From NCBI GenBank assembly GCA_963837955.1, contig CAWIPH010000002.1:1632001-1696000 (forward strand): a stretch of 64,000 nucleotides of DNA. The letters are read 5' to 3'. The notes beneath the pieces are model-generated. The model ran no database searches and was not told the origin of the DNA. It was given only the letters and a program-made list of their open reading frames with translations. Both the position numbers and the translations under genes were made by a program. Below are positions 29,957 to 39,774 of the stretch, in pieces; position 1 is the stretch's first letter; each line of letters begins with the position of its first letter. The DNA comes from an uncultured Verrucomicrobiae bacterium (GTDB taxonomy: Bacteria > Verrucomicrobiota > Verrucomicrobiia > Chthoniobacterales > JAFAMB01).

Positions 29957-31225
29957 TTAAGCGTTCTTCTTTGCTTTAGGCGGCCTGGTTCCCCACCAAA
30001 GAACCCCCAGAATTGCTGCTCCGGTCAAAGCAGCTGCGATCATCAATTCGAAACCGGAATATTGAAAATCTTGCACCTTGACCGTCGGAACGACCGATTC
30101 ACCTGGTCCGAGGGGCAAGCCCGCATCGGGAAGCGAGTCGAAACGGATTTTCACCGGGACACGCTGAACCACCTTCACATAGTTCCCAGTGGCATTTTCC
30201 GGAGGCAAAAGGCTGAACGCAGCGCCGCTACCCATCTGGATACTGTCGACATGACCCTTGAATTTTTTACCGCCGAGCGCATCCACTTCGATGTCCACCG
30301 GCTGGCCCGGCCGCATCAGCCGAAGCTGAGTTTCCTTAAAGTTTGCCGTGACCCAGATGTTCGAAGGAATCAAAGCAAGCAGGTTTTGACCCACCTGGAC
30401 GTAGTCACCCGGTTCGACTGACTTGCGAGTGACCCGACCTGACTCTGGCGCAAAAACTTTCGTATATGAGTCGTTCAGCTCAGCAGTTTCGACGTTCGCT
30501 TCGTTTTCTTGTTGTTGGGCAAGTACATACTGCAGGAGCGCTGCAAAGGTGCGGACCTCGGCCTGTCCTGCTGCTATCTGCGCCTCGGCCGAGAGCACCT
30601 TCATTTTTGCCGAATCCAGGTTTGCCTGGGCGGAGCGATTCGAATCTCCGGCATTAGTCAAATCCTGGATGGAGACAACGTGGTGATCATACAGGTCCTG
30701 CTGCCGGCGCAGATTGTCCGCGGTTTGATCTGCCTGAGCCTCAGAGGATCGCTGATCTGCCTTGTCTTGATCGAGCGTCGCCTGCAGACTCTTGACGCGC
30801 GCGATCTGCTGATCGACGCCTGCCTGCGCAGCTGCCGCCTGTGCCTTGGTACTGTCCAGCGCCGCCTGTTTCTGCTTTAGCTGGGCATCGTAATCCCGGG
30901 GATCAATCTCGACGATTGGGTCCCCTTTTTTCACTGGCTGGTTGTCAGTAATAAAGACCTTATCGATCCGGCCGGCGATCTTCGGCGCAGCGTTGGTTAT
31001 GTGACCATCAATAAAAGCGTCATCCGTTGACTCATAGCTCATTGATTGCGCATAGAAATAAAGGCCGACAACGGCCAGGACCAGAACCAGACCAATTCCG
31101 ATGAGCGTTGGTTTAAAGCGCTTACCAAACCGGTCGCGCAAAGACGCTCTGCGCCTCTCGCTCCGCCAATCGGCAGTAATTTCGTGGCTACTCTCCCGAA
31201 GATCTCTCTCTAGTATTTCTGGCAT
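29957..31225 (-). CDS. emrA: HlyD-family membrane fusion protein (EmrA)
   Basis: STDDAFI, ANFKETQL, FSLLPPENATGNYVKVVQRVPV. Confidence 0.92.
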   Translation of the reverse strand: MPEILERDLRESSHEITADWRSERRRASLRDRFGKRFKPTLIGIGLVLVLAVVGLYFYAQSMSYESTDDAFIDGHITNAAPKIAGRIDKVFITDNQPVKKGDPIVEIDPRDYDAQLKQKQAALDSTKAQAAAAQAGVDQQIARVKSLQATLDQDKADQRSSEAQADQTADNLRRQQDLYDHHVVSIQDLTNAGDSNRSAQANLDSAKMKVLSAEAQIAAGQAEVRTFAALLQYVLAQQQENEANVETAELNDSYTKVFAPESGRVTRKSVEPGDYVQVGQNLLALIPSNIWVTANFKETQLRLMRPGQPVDIEVDALGGKKFKGHVDSIQMGSGAAFSLLPPENATGNYVKVVQRVPVKIRFDSLPDAGLPLGPGESVVPTVKVQDFQYSGFELMIAAALTGAAILGVLWWGTRPPKAKKNA

Positions 31226-31227
31226 GG

Positions 31228-31890
31228 TTAAGAATCCCTTCCGTTGTCGGCTTTAATCCCTCTGTAAAAAATATCTGTGACGGCGCGCAGATGGGCGTCG
31301 ACCATTTCGGGATCGGTCTTGTGCAGAGTATGCCGTAGCATGGCGCTATGAATGGAATCGCGGAGGAAATCGGCTGCGGCGGACAGATCGACATCCATTC
31401 GGACAAAGCCCAGTTTCTGGGCTTCCTGCAGCGCGGCAACAAAGCGAGCCTTCTTGGTCACCATGAACTCCTGGAGTGCGCCACGGATGGACTCAGATAA
31501 AAAACGAGCTTCGCCGATAAAGGCGCGCACCATCGCTTCGCGCTCCTTCACTGCGGAATACACGTCGCGGACATAGCGCTCCAGGCTGTCGGGCAGTTGG
31601 CCCTTCCAGATTTCTTCCGGGCGGGTCAGCGCATTGAAAGCTGCGCATTCGAGACTCAAGGTTGCACCGAGTAGCTCTTCCCGGGTATGAAAATGGCGAA
31701 AAATGGTCACCTCATTGACGCCGGCTTGCCGAGCGATTTCACGAGTGGTAGCCCCCTGGAAACCGTCTCTGGAAAATACTAATTGAGCGGCTGTGAGGAT
31801 TCGCTTCTTGGTTAAATCCGTGGATCCGCCCGGGATTCGCGGGCGTTTAGAGGTAAACTCTGATGAAGCCATGCAAGTATATACTTGCAT
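31228..31890 (-). CDS. TetR-family regulator (start 31890 or 31872)
   Basis: GFQGATTREIARQAGVNEVTIFRHF helix-turn-helix. Confidence 0.9.
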   Translation of the reverse strand: MQVYTCMASSEFTSKRPRIPGGSTDLTKKRILTAAQLVFSRDGFQGATTREIARQAGVNEVTIFRHFHTREELLGATLSLECAAFNALTRPEEIWKGQLPDSLERYVRDVYSAVKEREAMVRAFIGEARFLSESIRGALQEFMVTKKARFVAALQEAQKLGFVRMDVDLSAAADFLRDSIHSAMLRHTLHKTDPEMVDAHLRAVTDIFYRGIKADNGRDS

Positions 31891-31920
31891 GCTTTTTCGA
31901 ATGCAAGTGCTTACTTGCTC
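31870..31920. promoter_or_regulatory. Tandem TetR operators
   Basis: Perfect palindrome CATGCAAGTATATACTTGCATG (31870-31891) plus ATGCAAGTGCTTACTTGC (31901-31918). Confidence 0.8.
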
Positions 31921-32089
31921 TCAATATCAAGGGTCCCGTCGCATAGGATCGGAAAGTTTCTTAGGGACAGGTCAACGATCAAAAAAGCGGCCAACTCGTT
32001 GAGGTAGTCTCCTCCTGACTATCGACCAATTTCTCGCCCGACCAAAAGGTTGCTGCCCATCGCTGGCCGGCGGTGTGCAGACGTTCTAG

Positions 32090-32377
32090 CTAGTGCCGGC
32101 AGTGCACTACGACCTCACCGGTGATCATTTCCACTCGGCGGACCAGGCTGATCATTTCACCGTGTTGGATGAATTCCGCAGCCAGTCGATTGGATTCTTC
32201 CGTTTGGGGGTTGTTTTCAAATATGCTCACCGTTGTCCATGTCCCGTCATCCGTCGCCACGCCGTAGTAGCCCAAAAAACCAGGCATTCGCTTGATGACC
32301 GGCACAAAATCCTCGTTCACCATGCGAACCACCTCATCAACTGAGTCCGTCTTGTAGATTCGGATGCTTGCGTACAT
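32090..32377 (-). CDS. Small ABM/dimeric alpha-beta barrel-like protein
   Basis: MYASIRIY..FVPVIKRMPGFLGYY pattern; last gene of the ABC operon. Confidence 0.7.
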   Translation of the reverse strand: MYASIRIYKTDSVDEVVRMVNEDFVPVIKRMPGFLGYYGVATDDGTWTTVSIFENNPQTEESNRLAAEFIQHGEMISLVRRVEMITGEVVVHCRH

Positions 32378-32391
32378 AGGTGTCTATCCCC

Positions 32392-33666
32392 TTATTCCTC
32401 TGCAACTCGCAATAAATAAGCTGCCGCCACACATGTGACAAGGGCACCGACGGCGAGAGCCGCGAGGTCACCGGCGATGAAGTCCCAGTTTGCCCGATAC
32501 AAATTCACGCTACGGAATGCCCGGCAAAAATGGGTTAGGGGAAAGAGCTCGGAAAAGATTCGCACACTAAAGGGAAGTTGCCTGAGGGCTGAGAATGCGC
32601 CGGATAACAGCATTATCGGAAGCAGGAGAAAGATCGAGAACTGAATGGCCTGCGTTTGAGTCTTCGAGAGTGCTGAGATCAACAGTCCGAGACTGAGCGA
32701 ACAAAGCAAAAACAAAAAGCAGATGACTGATAGCTGGAACGGCTCATGAATTTTGATTCCGAAATGAAAGTGTCCGATAGCGATCGTGCCGGCGATGATG
32801 AAGAGCGAGATGAGGAGATAAGGCAGCACCTTTCCGATCACAATCTCTGATTGCCGCAGCGGCGTCACTAACAGTTGAGAGAGTGTGCCAGCTTCCCGCT
32901 CTCGAGTAATCGTGCTCGCGATCAAGGTAACTGTGAGCAATTGGAGAATCAGACCGACCATCCCGGGGACAACATAATCCACAAACTGCAAGCCCGGGTT
33001 GTAAAGAATCTGGGCGTCGACCTGCCACGGAGTGAGAGCCGAGTTGAATTGATTCTGCGTTTCTTGAGAAAGCTGCTCACCTAAATCAATGACCTCCGTC
33101 GGCAGATTCTTGATGAGTTCAAACCTTTCGTTCACTTGGAACGCACCCAAAGCCTGTTGAAGCAGGGCTTGGATTGCCGGTGCCGTATCCGTATCGGATC
33201 CGTCCAGGATGGCTCGAATAGGGATCGGTTTGCCGTCGCGAATCGCCTTTCCCCATCCAGGCGGTATCATGATAGCCGCTTCACTACCGGCTTTGACTAG
33301 GTTAATTGGACCGGCTGCAGTTCCGGCCCACGGCTTCCAGATGAAAGTGTCCTTGAGAGTCTGCAGCAGATCATCCAGATCTTTTCGGGCCTTGTCCGGG
33401 TCGCTGCTACCTTCGACTAAAGCGGTGAAAATATCCTGGCCATGAAGCAGGTCGGCGAATTTCTTACTTTCGCTATCACCATCTTCGTTAAGGAACATGG
33501 TTGGTACGTCGCGAATCGCCGACCCCGCAAAAGCGTGCCCAAATACGAGCGTGAAAAAAGGGGGGAGGGCCAGGATCACGAGCAAAACCCGGCGATCCCT
33601 CCAAATATGGATAAACTCCTTGTGCGCGATGGTGAGGATCGCATTCCAGGAGTCGCCGAAATTCAT
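32392..33666 (-). CDS. ABC-2 type transporter permease
   Basis: KEFIHIWRDRR, YNP, REREAGTLSQLLVTP, PLTHF. Confidence 0.9.
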   Translation of the reverse strand: MNFGDSWNAILTIAHKEFIHIWRDRRVLLVILALPPFFTLVFGHAFAGSAIRDVPTMFLNEDGDSESKKFADLLHGQDIFTALVEGSSDPDKARKDLDDLLQTLKDTFIWKPWAGTAAGPINLVKAGSEAAIMIPPGWGKAIRDGKPIPIRAILDGSDTDTAPAIQALLQQALGAFQVNERFELIKNLPTEVIDLGEQLSQETQNQFNSALTPWQVDAQILYNPGLQFVDYVVPGMVGLILQLLTVTLIASTITREREAGTLSQLLVTPLRQSEIVIGKVLPYLLISLFIIAGTIAIGHFHFGIKIHEPFQLSVICFLFLLCSLSLGLLISALSKTQTQAIQFSIFLLLPIMLLSGAFSALRQLPFSVRIFSELFPLTHFCRAFRSVNLYRANWDFIAGDLAALAVGALVTCVAAAYLLRVAEE

Positions 33667-34628
33667 TTTGCGCTCGCCGCTTCCAGTTGAACTCGATGAT
33701 TTAGATCGTGACGTTGGGTGAATGCATTAAACACGTCTTCCATATCCGGCTCCACCCACGAGTAGCCGAGCCATTTCAGGTCTGGGAACGGCCAACGGTG
33801 GTGCCATTGCTTCAGCAGAGCGTGCGGATTCTCGGCATGCACTCGCAATCGTCCGCTCCGCAGATCCACACCGTTAACACCGGGGAATTTTCGCAACTCC
33901 AAAACGCCTGACATCGCAGGCTCAACGTGAACCTCAAGAAGATTTCCCCCTAAACGCATCTTTAGATCGCGCGGCGATCCTTTGGCGACCAACCGCCCTT
34001 GGTGGATAAAGCCCACTTCTGAACAGCGCTCGACCTCATCCATGTAGTGAGTCGTCACAAAGACGGTCGTTCCTGATTGAGTCACTTTATAAAGGAGATC
34101 CCAAATCCCTTGGCGATGAATCGGGTCGAGACCAGTAGTCGGTTCATCCAAAAACAAAAGTTCCGGCTCATGGATCAGAGCGCAAGCCACCGATAAAAGC
34201 TGCTTGTACCCACCAGACAGTTCTCCTGCCTTCGTGTGAGCATAGGATTCCAGATTCATTTCCATAAGCATTTGAGAAACCTTCTCCTCGAATTGGTCCT
34301 TGGGAACACGGTACGCTCCAGCAAAAAACCGAAGATTCTCGCAAACGGTTAGGTCGGGATAAAGGCTGAATCTTTGGGACACGTATCCAAACTTTGACCG
34401 AACGCGAAATCGATCCTTCCAAACATCCAGACCATCGATCGATGCGCTGCCGCTCGTTGGCTTGGCCAGACCGCATAGCATCCGGATAGTCGTGGTTTTA
34501 CCCGCACCGTTTGCACCCAGGAAACCGAAGATCTCACCAGCGCCGATCGACATCGAGATCTTATTGACAGCGGTCGTCTGGCCAAATCTCTTAACAAGAT
34601 CTTTGAGAACGATTAACGGCCTTGGCAT
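33663..34628 (-). CDS. ABC transporter ATP-binding protein
   Basis: GANGAGKTT, LSGG, LFLDEPTTG, TTHYMDE. Confidence 0.93.
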   Translation of the reverse strand: MPRPLIVLKDLVKRFGQTTAVNKISMSIGAGEIFGFLGANGAGKTTTIRMLCGLAKPTSGSASIDGLDVWKDRFRVRSKFGYVSQRFSLYPDLTVCENLRFFAGAYRVPKDQFEEKVSQMLMEMNLESYAHTKAGELSGGYKQLLSVACALIHEPELLFLDEPTTGLDPIHRQGIWDLLYKVTQSGTTVFVTTHYMDEVERCSEVGFIHQGRLVAKGSPRDLKMRLGGNLLEVHVEPAMSGVLELRKFPGVNGVDLRSGRLRVHAENPHALLKQWHHRWPFPDLKWLGYSWVEPDMEDVFNAFTQRHDLNHRVQLEAASAK

Positions 34629-34680
34629 GAATTCCTCAGCGGACCTTCGATTCGAATCCGATCGCTGCTCCCCAGCGCGG

Positions 34681-35670
34681 TCAAAATGTTGTTGATAGTC
34701 CAACCCGGACGTAGGGCGCCCAATCCGAGGAGGTTACTTTGAAGTTCGCTCGAGAATAATTGAATTGCCTGTAAGGCACGACGCCTCCCTCGACGTCAAG
34801 CTTGACGCCGTTCCAGATCGTCCAGGTCAATCCTCCACCTCCCCGGACTTCCCAATAATCCAGGATCGCATTGTTGAGTTTTTCCAGACGAACGGAATGG
34901 CCAAACTGGTTATCCATACGAAATGTACCGGTCCGCAGATCAGCTCCAGCGAATAAAGTAATTTTGTCTGTGAGACCAAATTGCACTTGTGGCCGCGGCG
35001 CAATTCCTTCTATCAGCCAACGATCAGAGACCTTCCAGTGGACGCCGACCGCAGGAATCACCGGCCAATCCGAGTTGGGGTCAATGCTCAGGCCGGCGAT
35101 GAAGATCAAATCAGGACTCTGAAAATACGACGCGCCTATGGTAATAGGAACATTAAAAAGGCGAGGGGTGGCGTGCTTAAAACTACCATAAACACCCGGA
35201 TGGGCTTCGACCCTGAGCAGAATCGCCGAAGTTAGCTGGAGATCCCCTCCGATCACCGCATTCACCGCCTCAATCGAGTCGGGTATCGGGGTAACCGGAT
35301 TATTCGTATCGAATGCGTAGCGCTCCCATTGGACGCCTAAGCGCAGTATAAAATTATCCCGGATCTGATCTGATACGACGATGCTCGCACCACTATGGAT
35401 TTCCGAAAAATTTCCATAATTAACCGGGCCGTGCGTGGCCGAGCCAGAGCCAATGTATGAGGCTTCGGCATCTAGCTCGTAAGAGAACGGTGAGACAGTC
35501 GCGCCGCGCTGCGATTGGGTCGGAATGGGGGCGACCGAGAGAGTCTGAGCGTGGATGGTCAACAACGGCAGACCAGCCGCCGCCAGGGACAGGGCGTGCG
35601 CAAAGCGCTTGAGCGAAAATCGGACATGCATGGTTGTACTGGCTCCATTCCCCACTTGGTTATCTACCAC
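34681..35670 (-). CDS. Outer-membrane beta-barrel protein (DUF6268-like)
   Basis: Signal-like N-terminus, alternating beta-strand pattern, C-terminal Phe. Start may be 35631. Confidence 0.65.
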   Translation of the reverse strand: MVDNQVGNGASTTMHVRFSLKRFAHALSLAAAGLPLLTIHAQTLSVAPIPTQSQRGATVSPFSYELDAEASYIGSGSATHGPVNYGNFSEIHSGASIVVSDQIRDNFILRLGVQWERYAFDTNNPVTPIPDSIEAVNAVIGGDLQLTSAILLRVEAHPGVYGSFKHATPRLFNVPITIGASYFQSPDLIFIAGLSIDPNSDWPVIPAVGVHWKVSDRWLIEGIAPRPQVQFGLTDKITLFAGADLRTGTFRMDNQFGHSVRLEKLNNAILDYWEVRGGGGLTWTIWNGVKLDVEGGVVPYRQFNYSRANFKVTSSDWAPYVRVGLSTTF

Positions 35671-36736
35671 GAGGTGTGTCTTTGAGGAAAGCTCTTATGT
35701 TTCCTTGTATTTCCCGCATCATAGCGGCGCCCGAACCGAGTCGCTCCGCTCCACGCATTTCGCCCAAGGTAGCCGAGGAAACGAGATCGACGCGCCAAAT
35801 CAGGGTGGCCTCGCTACCGTCTACTTGCACCGGCCAAAGCTGCTGAAGGGTCACCGCGGCGTAATAACCTCCGCTGGAATAAAATCCGAGGTCGGCTGCT
35901 TGCCAGCCGTCCCCTACGGCTTTTGCGTAAAAAGCATCCAGACTTACGGCTGCTAGACTTACGACTGATTGCCCGCCAGCGTGAAAGAGTTGCCAGGAGA
36001 GAGACGGGGTCAGCGACCCGCGCCCTCCTCCAATTGCCGTAGACGAAATCAACGGCGAGAATTGTGACCGAACGGAGCCGCTCTCCTCTAGCAAACGCGC
36101 TACTTCGTCTGCAGCGGGAATGGTGGAACCAGTTGTCTGATAGGGCGGTTCCGCGGCAAGACCACCCGAAACAAAGCTTTTGACCCGTTGCGCCAACACT
36201 TGGCTCCAGAATGCAACCACCGGGGCAGGAATCGTTCCGCCGCTTGATGAACCTCCGGCGGTATATTGCTTCACCTCGGCGCTACTGAGCTGCAGCTTCG
36301 AGGCGTCTCCGGGAAGTTTCTCAGTCGCCTCGACGAACGCTTTAACTGCAGAGTTGGAAGGGACGGAGGCAAGGTTTTGAAAATCATTGGGACTTGCCCT
36401 CTCAGAAATATCTTCCTGGACGTACACTCTCAATTCCGGGTGACGGGTTGGACGCCATTGCTGAATAATGCCAACGGTTGTTTTGACTGGACTACGCACG
36501 ATATAGGCGCTTTGCACCGATCCCCCCCGCGAAAACCGCATACCTGGTCCTTGAGAGGCCAAAACATCGCCGGCCGCCAATTTCGCCATATCGGCATTCT
36601 TGAACACCGACAATGAGCGTAATTCGGTGATCGGGTCCGCTTTGGCGGTCAAGCAGGGCGCTAGCGCTCCGGCCAGGACCACGAGGACCGTGGCAAGAAA
36701 TCGTTGGTTGGCGTTCATAAGTTTGTTCGTGTTCAT
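35660..36736 (-). CDS. Secreted hypothetical protein
   Basis: Sec signal ending AKA|DP; first gene of the operon. Confidence 0.7.
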   Translation of the reverse strand: MNTNKLMNANQRFLATVLVVLAGALAPCLTAKADPITELRSLSVFKNADMAKLAAGDVLASQGPGMRFSRGGSVQSAYIVRSPVKTTVGIIQQWRPTRHPELRVYVQEDISERASPNDFQNLASVPSNSAVKAFVEATEKLPGDASKLQLSSAEVKQYTAGGSSSGGTIPAPVVAFWSQVLAQRVKSFVSGGLAAEPPYQTTGSTIPAADEVARLLEESGSVRSQFSPLISSTAIGGGRGSLTPSLSWQLFHAGGQSVVSLAAVSLDAFYAKAVGDGWQAADLGFYSSGGYYAAVTLQQLWPVQVDGSEATLIWRVDLVSSATLGEMRGAERLGSGAAMMREIQGNIRAFLKDTPRGR

Positions 36737-36950
36737 AAGCGGCTATTTGGTTCTGGCAAATCCGTAAAAAACCTATCGTCCCAGAATCTACGGCGCTACC
36801 CCTCGATCGGGTAATTCCTTCTGGATAGATTACTTACGTCCGTTCCTGTTCCTTCCCCGTCCCGCAGGGGCCCTGGGGCCGTGAATGGCTATGATCCAAC
36901 CGGCTGTTTGACCTGGCTGCGCTGAAAGAAAACTCTTGCGCCTCGCCTAA

Positions 36951-36970
36951 ATGCAAGTAATTACTTGCAT
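36951..36970. promoter_or_regulatory. TetR operator, same motif as 31871-31890
   Basis: Perfect palindrome ATGCAAGTAATTACTTGCAT. Confidence 0.8.
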
Positions 36971-37604
36971 AGCCAAATCCGAGCCCAAACCCGAACCCAA
37001 TCTAGCCAGCCGCACGCGCTCCTATGGCGACGATACTCGCCAGCGTATTCTGAAAGCCGCCGAAAAGGTCTTTTCCCGCGATGGTTTCCAAGGCGCAACC
37101 ACCCGGGAAATTGCCCGCGAAGCCCAAGTGAACGAAGTCACGCTTTTTCGTCACTTCCGGACCCGGGATGAGCTTTTGCGTGAGACGATTCTGTGCGGGG
37201 CCATTGCTCCTGAGGATCTCGTTGGCCCACGAGCCTCGTGGAAGAGCGATTTGCCCGGCCAATTGGAGCAGTATGTTCGGAAATATTACGCACTGCTTTT
37301 GGAACGGGAAGCATTGGTCAGGGCTGTAGTCGGTGAGGGAAGAATTCTTCCGCCTGCTGTTCGCCAAGCTGTACTGGAAAAAATGGCGCCGATGAGGGCC
37401 ATTCTGGTTGATCGTCTGCAGGCGGCACAGGGGGCGGGATGCGTGCGCCCGGATGTCGACCTCGACTGTGCCATTGATATTCTTCGGGACGCTGTCCACA
37501 CGGGAATGCTTCGTCACACCGCATACGGTACGAGTGGCTATTCCGTTGATACCTATCTAAAAACGGTAGTCGCGATCTTCATTCAAGGAGTCAGGAACTC
37601 CTAG
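36951..37604 (+). CDS. TetR-family regulator, paralogue of 31228-31890
   Basis: VFSRDGFQGATTREIAREAQVNEVTLFRHF. Confidence 0.9.
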   Translation: MQVITCIAKSEPKPEPNLASRTRSYGDDTRQRILKAAEKVFSRDGFQGATTREIAREAQVNEVTLFRHFRTRDELLRETILCGAIAPEDLVGPRASWKSDLPGQLEQYVRKYYALLLEREALVRAVVGEGRILPPAVRQAVLEKMAPMRAILVDRLQAAQGAGCVRPDVDLDCAIDILRDAVHTGMLRHTAYGTSGYSVDTYLKTVVAIFIQGVRNS

Positions 37605-37680
37605 CGAGTATCACGCAAACGCCTGCGCGAATTCATGGCGGACCCTGACAGCGATCTTCCTGACCATTGACAAGTCAAAT

Positions 37681-38535
37681 AAGTGACGAATAATGACATT
37701 CATCACTTCTATCGCCACAGCCCCCCATTTTGCCCGTAAACGTTTGACCCGCGATGAAACACGCGAGCGGATTATGATCAAAGCCGACGAGTTGTTTCGT
37801 CAGTACGGTTTCGTCAAAACAACGGTCGCGGATATCGCCGCGGAGTTGGGCATGTCGCCGGCAAACATTTACAAATTCTTTTCCTCCAAAGAGGCCATTA
37901 TCCAGGCAAGTGCCGACCGCAACCTGGTGGTTATCACCGAAGCCGTGCACCGGCACATCGTCGCGTCCGGAGCGGCACTGGATCGAATCGAAAAGGTGCT
38001 CCTGACCGTTTACCGGCACAATGTAGATATTTTGCGCAACGAGAGACAGGTTTTTAAATTGATGATCTGGGCCTACGAACAAAAGTGGGATTGCGTCGCG
38101 GCGTTCGACAAGTTTCTATTACAAACATTCACGAAACTCGTGAAAGAAGGAATGAGCACCGGCGAATTCAAATCCGGGGATGCATTGGCGACAGCGCACC
38201 TGCTCTTTGATTGCCTGATCTTGATTAGAACGCCGCATCTTTATCAGCAGGAGGGCCGAGAATTAAATGAAAACCGGATTCGTGGCATGATCCGATTTCT
38301 CGGACACGCTTTAAAATAGCATATTTTTTCATCGCTTAGTGATGAATGAACGAAAATATCACTTATGAAATTGGCTCCTCGAATAGATAGCTCAAGTGAA
38401 AACACCACCAGTCCCCAGAGAACAAAAACCCTATTTTCTGACCGGTAGGAATAAGCGAAGCGCTTGGTTCCTTTTCCGTTTTGCGGTTACAAAATTTTTT
38501 TATCGTTTAGTGATGAATAAACAAAAACGTCACTT
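37681..38535. promoter_or_regulatory. Three 28-bp operators AGTGA-N16-TCACT (37681-37708, 38337-38364, 38508-38535)
   Basis: AAGTGACGAA..TTCATCACTT, TAGTGATGAA..ATATCACTT and TAGTGATGAA..ACGTCACTT with identical spacing. Confidence 0.75.
37693..38319 (+). CDS. TetR-family regulator of the RND pump
   Basis: GFVKTTVADIAAELGMSPANIYKFFSSK. Confidence 0.9.
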   Translation: MTFITSIATAPHFARKRLTRDETRERIMIKADELFRQYGFVKTTVADIAAELGMSPANIYKFFSSKEAIIQASADRNLVVITEAVHRHIVASGAALDRIEKVLLTVYRHNVDILRNERQVFKLMIWAYEQKWDCVAAFDKFLLQTFTKLVKEGMSTGEFKSGDALATAHLLFDCLILIRTPHLYQQEGRELNENRIRGMIRFLGHALK

Positions 38536-38593
38536 GTAAACTAAGCAATCCTTTTGCCCTTGTCGACCCCTCTATCTCTCGCCGCGTCAACCT

Positions 38594-39763
38594 ATGAAAT
38601 TTTCCTCTCTCTCCTGGTTTAATCTTTGCCTCCTGGCTGTCGCTCTATCCGGCTGCGGTAAGTCCGATCACTCCGACCCTTCTTCCGGACCTCGCACCCC
38701 GGTTCAGGAAGTCGGAGTCGTCACCCTTACTCCCCAACGGGTTGCGATTATCGAGGAGTTGCCGGGACGGACGACCGCCTTCCGGATTTCGGATGTTCGC
38801 CCTCAAGTCAATGGAATCATCATGAAACGGATGTTTACCGAGGGGAGTGAAGTAACGGAAGGGCAACAGCTTTATCAGATCGATCTGGCAAGCTATCAGG
38901 CAGCCTATGACAGCGCTAAGGCGAATCTCGCCAAAGCGGAGGCAACGCTCGCGGTCGACAGGTTGACCGAACAACGCCAGAAAAAGTTAGTGGATACGCA
39001 TGTTATTGCTCCACAGGATTACGACACCACGTACGCCACGATGAAAGAAGCGGAGGCGGATGTCGCCTTGAATAAAGCGTTGGTGGAGACAGCACAAATT
39101 AATCAAACTTACACCAAGGTTCTATCGCCGATTTCCGGACGCATCGGGCGTTCTTCAGTAACCGAAGGCGCCTTGGTGACCAATGGTCAAACCGCCGCGC
39201 TGGCAACCGTCCAGCAACTCGACCCGATCTATGTCGACCTCACGCAATCCAGCAGCCAACTCCTGCGATTGCAGCGTGAATTGAATAACGGTCAGCTCAA
39301 ATCCGTACGCGATCAAAATGCTGAGGTAAGTCTGATTCTGGAAGACGGCACGGAATATCCGGAAAAGGGCATTCTCCAGTTTTCCGAAGTTAGTGTCGAT
39401 CAAGGAACTGGCTCAGTCACCTTGCGAGCCGTGTTTCCCAACCCTCGCCAGGTCTTGCTCCCCGGCATGTTCGTTCGTGCGCAAGTCGAGGAAGGCGTGA
39501 ACCAACAAGCCATCCTCGTTCCACAACGCGGCGTCACTCGCAATCAGCAGGGTCAGCCTACGGCGCTAGTTGTGGGAGCGAAGAATAAGGTCGAACTCCG
39601 GACGCTGCACACGGAACGTACGATCGGAGAAAACTGGCTGGTGACGTCCGGTCTAAGCGCGGGCGACAAGGTGATTATCGACGGTTTGCAGAAGGTTGCG
39701 CCCGGAGCCGAAGTCAAAACCGTCGCACTCGATGCGGACGGATTTCCCGTTGCCCGGAAATAA
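38594..39763 (+). CDS. acrA: RND efflux periplasmic adaptor lipoprotein (AcrA/MexA)
   Basis: Lipobox [33 protein letters not shown]. Confidence 0.92.
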   Translation: MKFSSLSWFNLCLLAVALSGCGKSDHSDPSSGPRTPVQEVGVVTLTPQRVAIIEELPGRTTAFRISDVRPQVNGIIMKRMFTEGSEVTEGQQLYQIDLASYQAAYDSAKANLAKAEATLAVDRLTEQRQKKLVDTHVIAPQDYDTTYATMKEAEADVALNKALVETAQINQTYTKVLSPISGRIGRSSVTEGALVTNGQTAALATVQQLDPIYVDLTQSSSQLLRLQRELNNGQLKSVRDQNAEVSLILEDGTEYPEKGILQFSEVSVDQGTGSVTLRAVFPNPRQVLLPGMFVRAQVEEGVNQQAILVPQRGVTRNQQGQPTALVVGAKNKVELRTLHTERTIGENWLVTSGLSAGDKVIIDGLQKVAPGAEVKTVALDADGFPVARK

Positions 39764-39774
39764 GAGGAGCAGCC

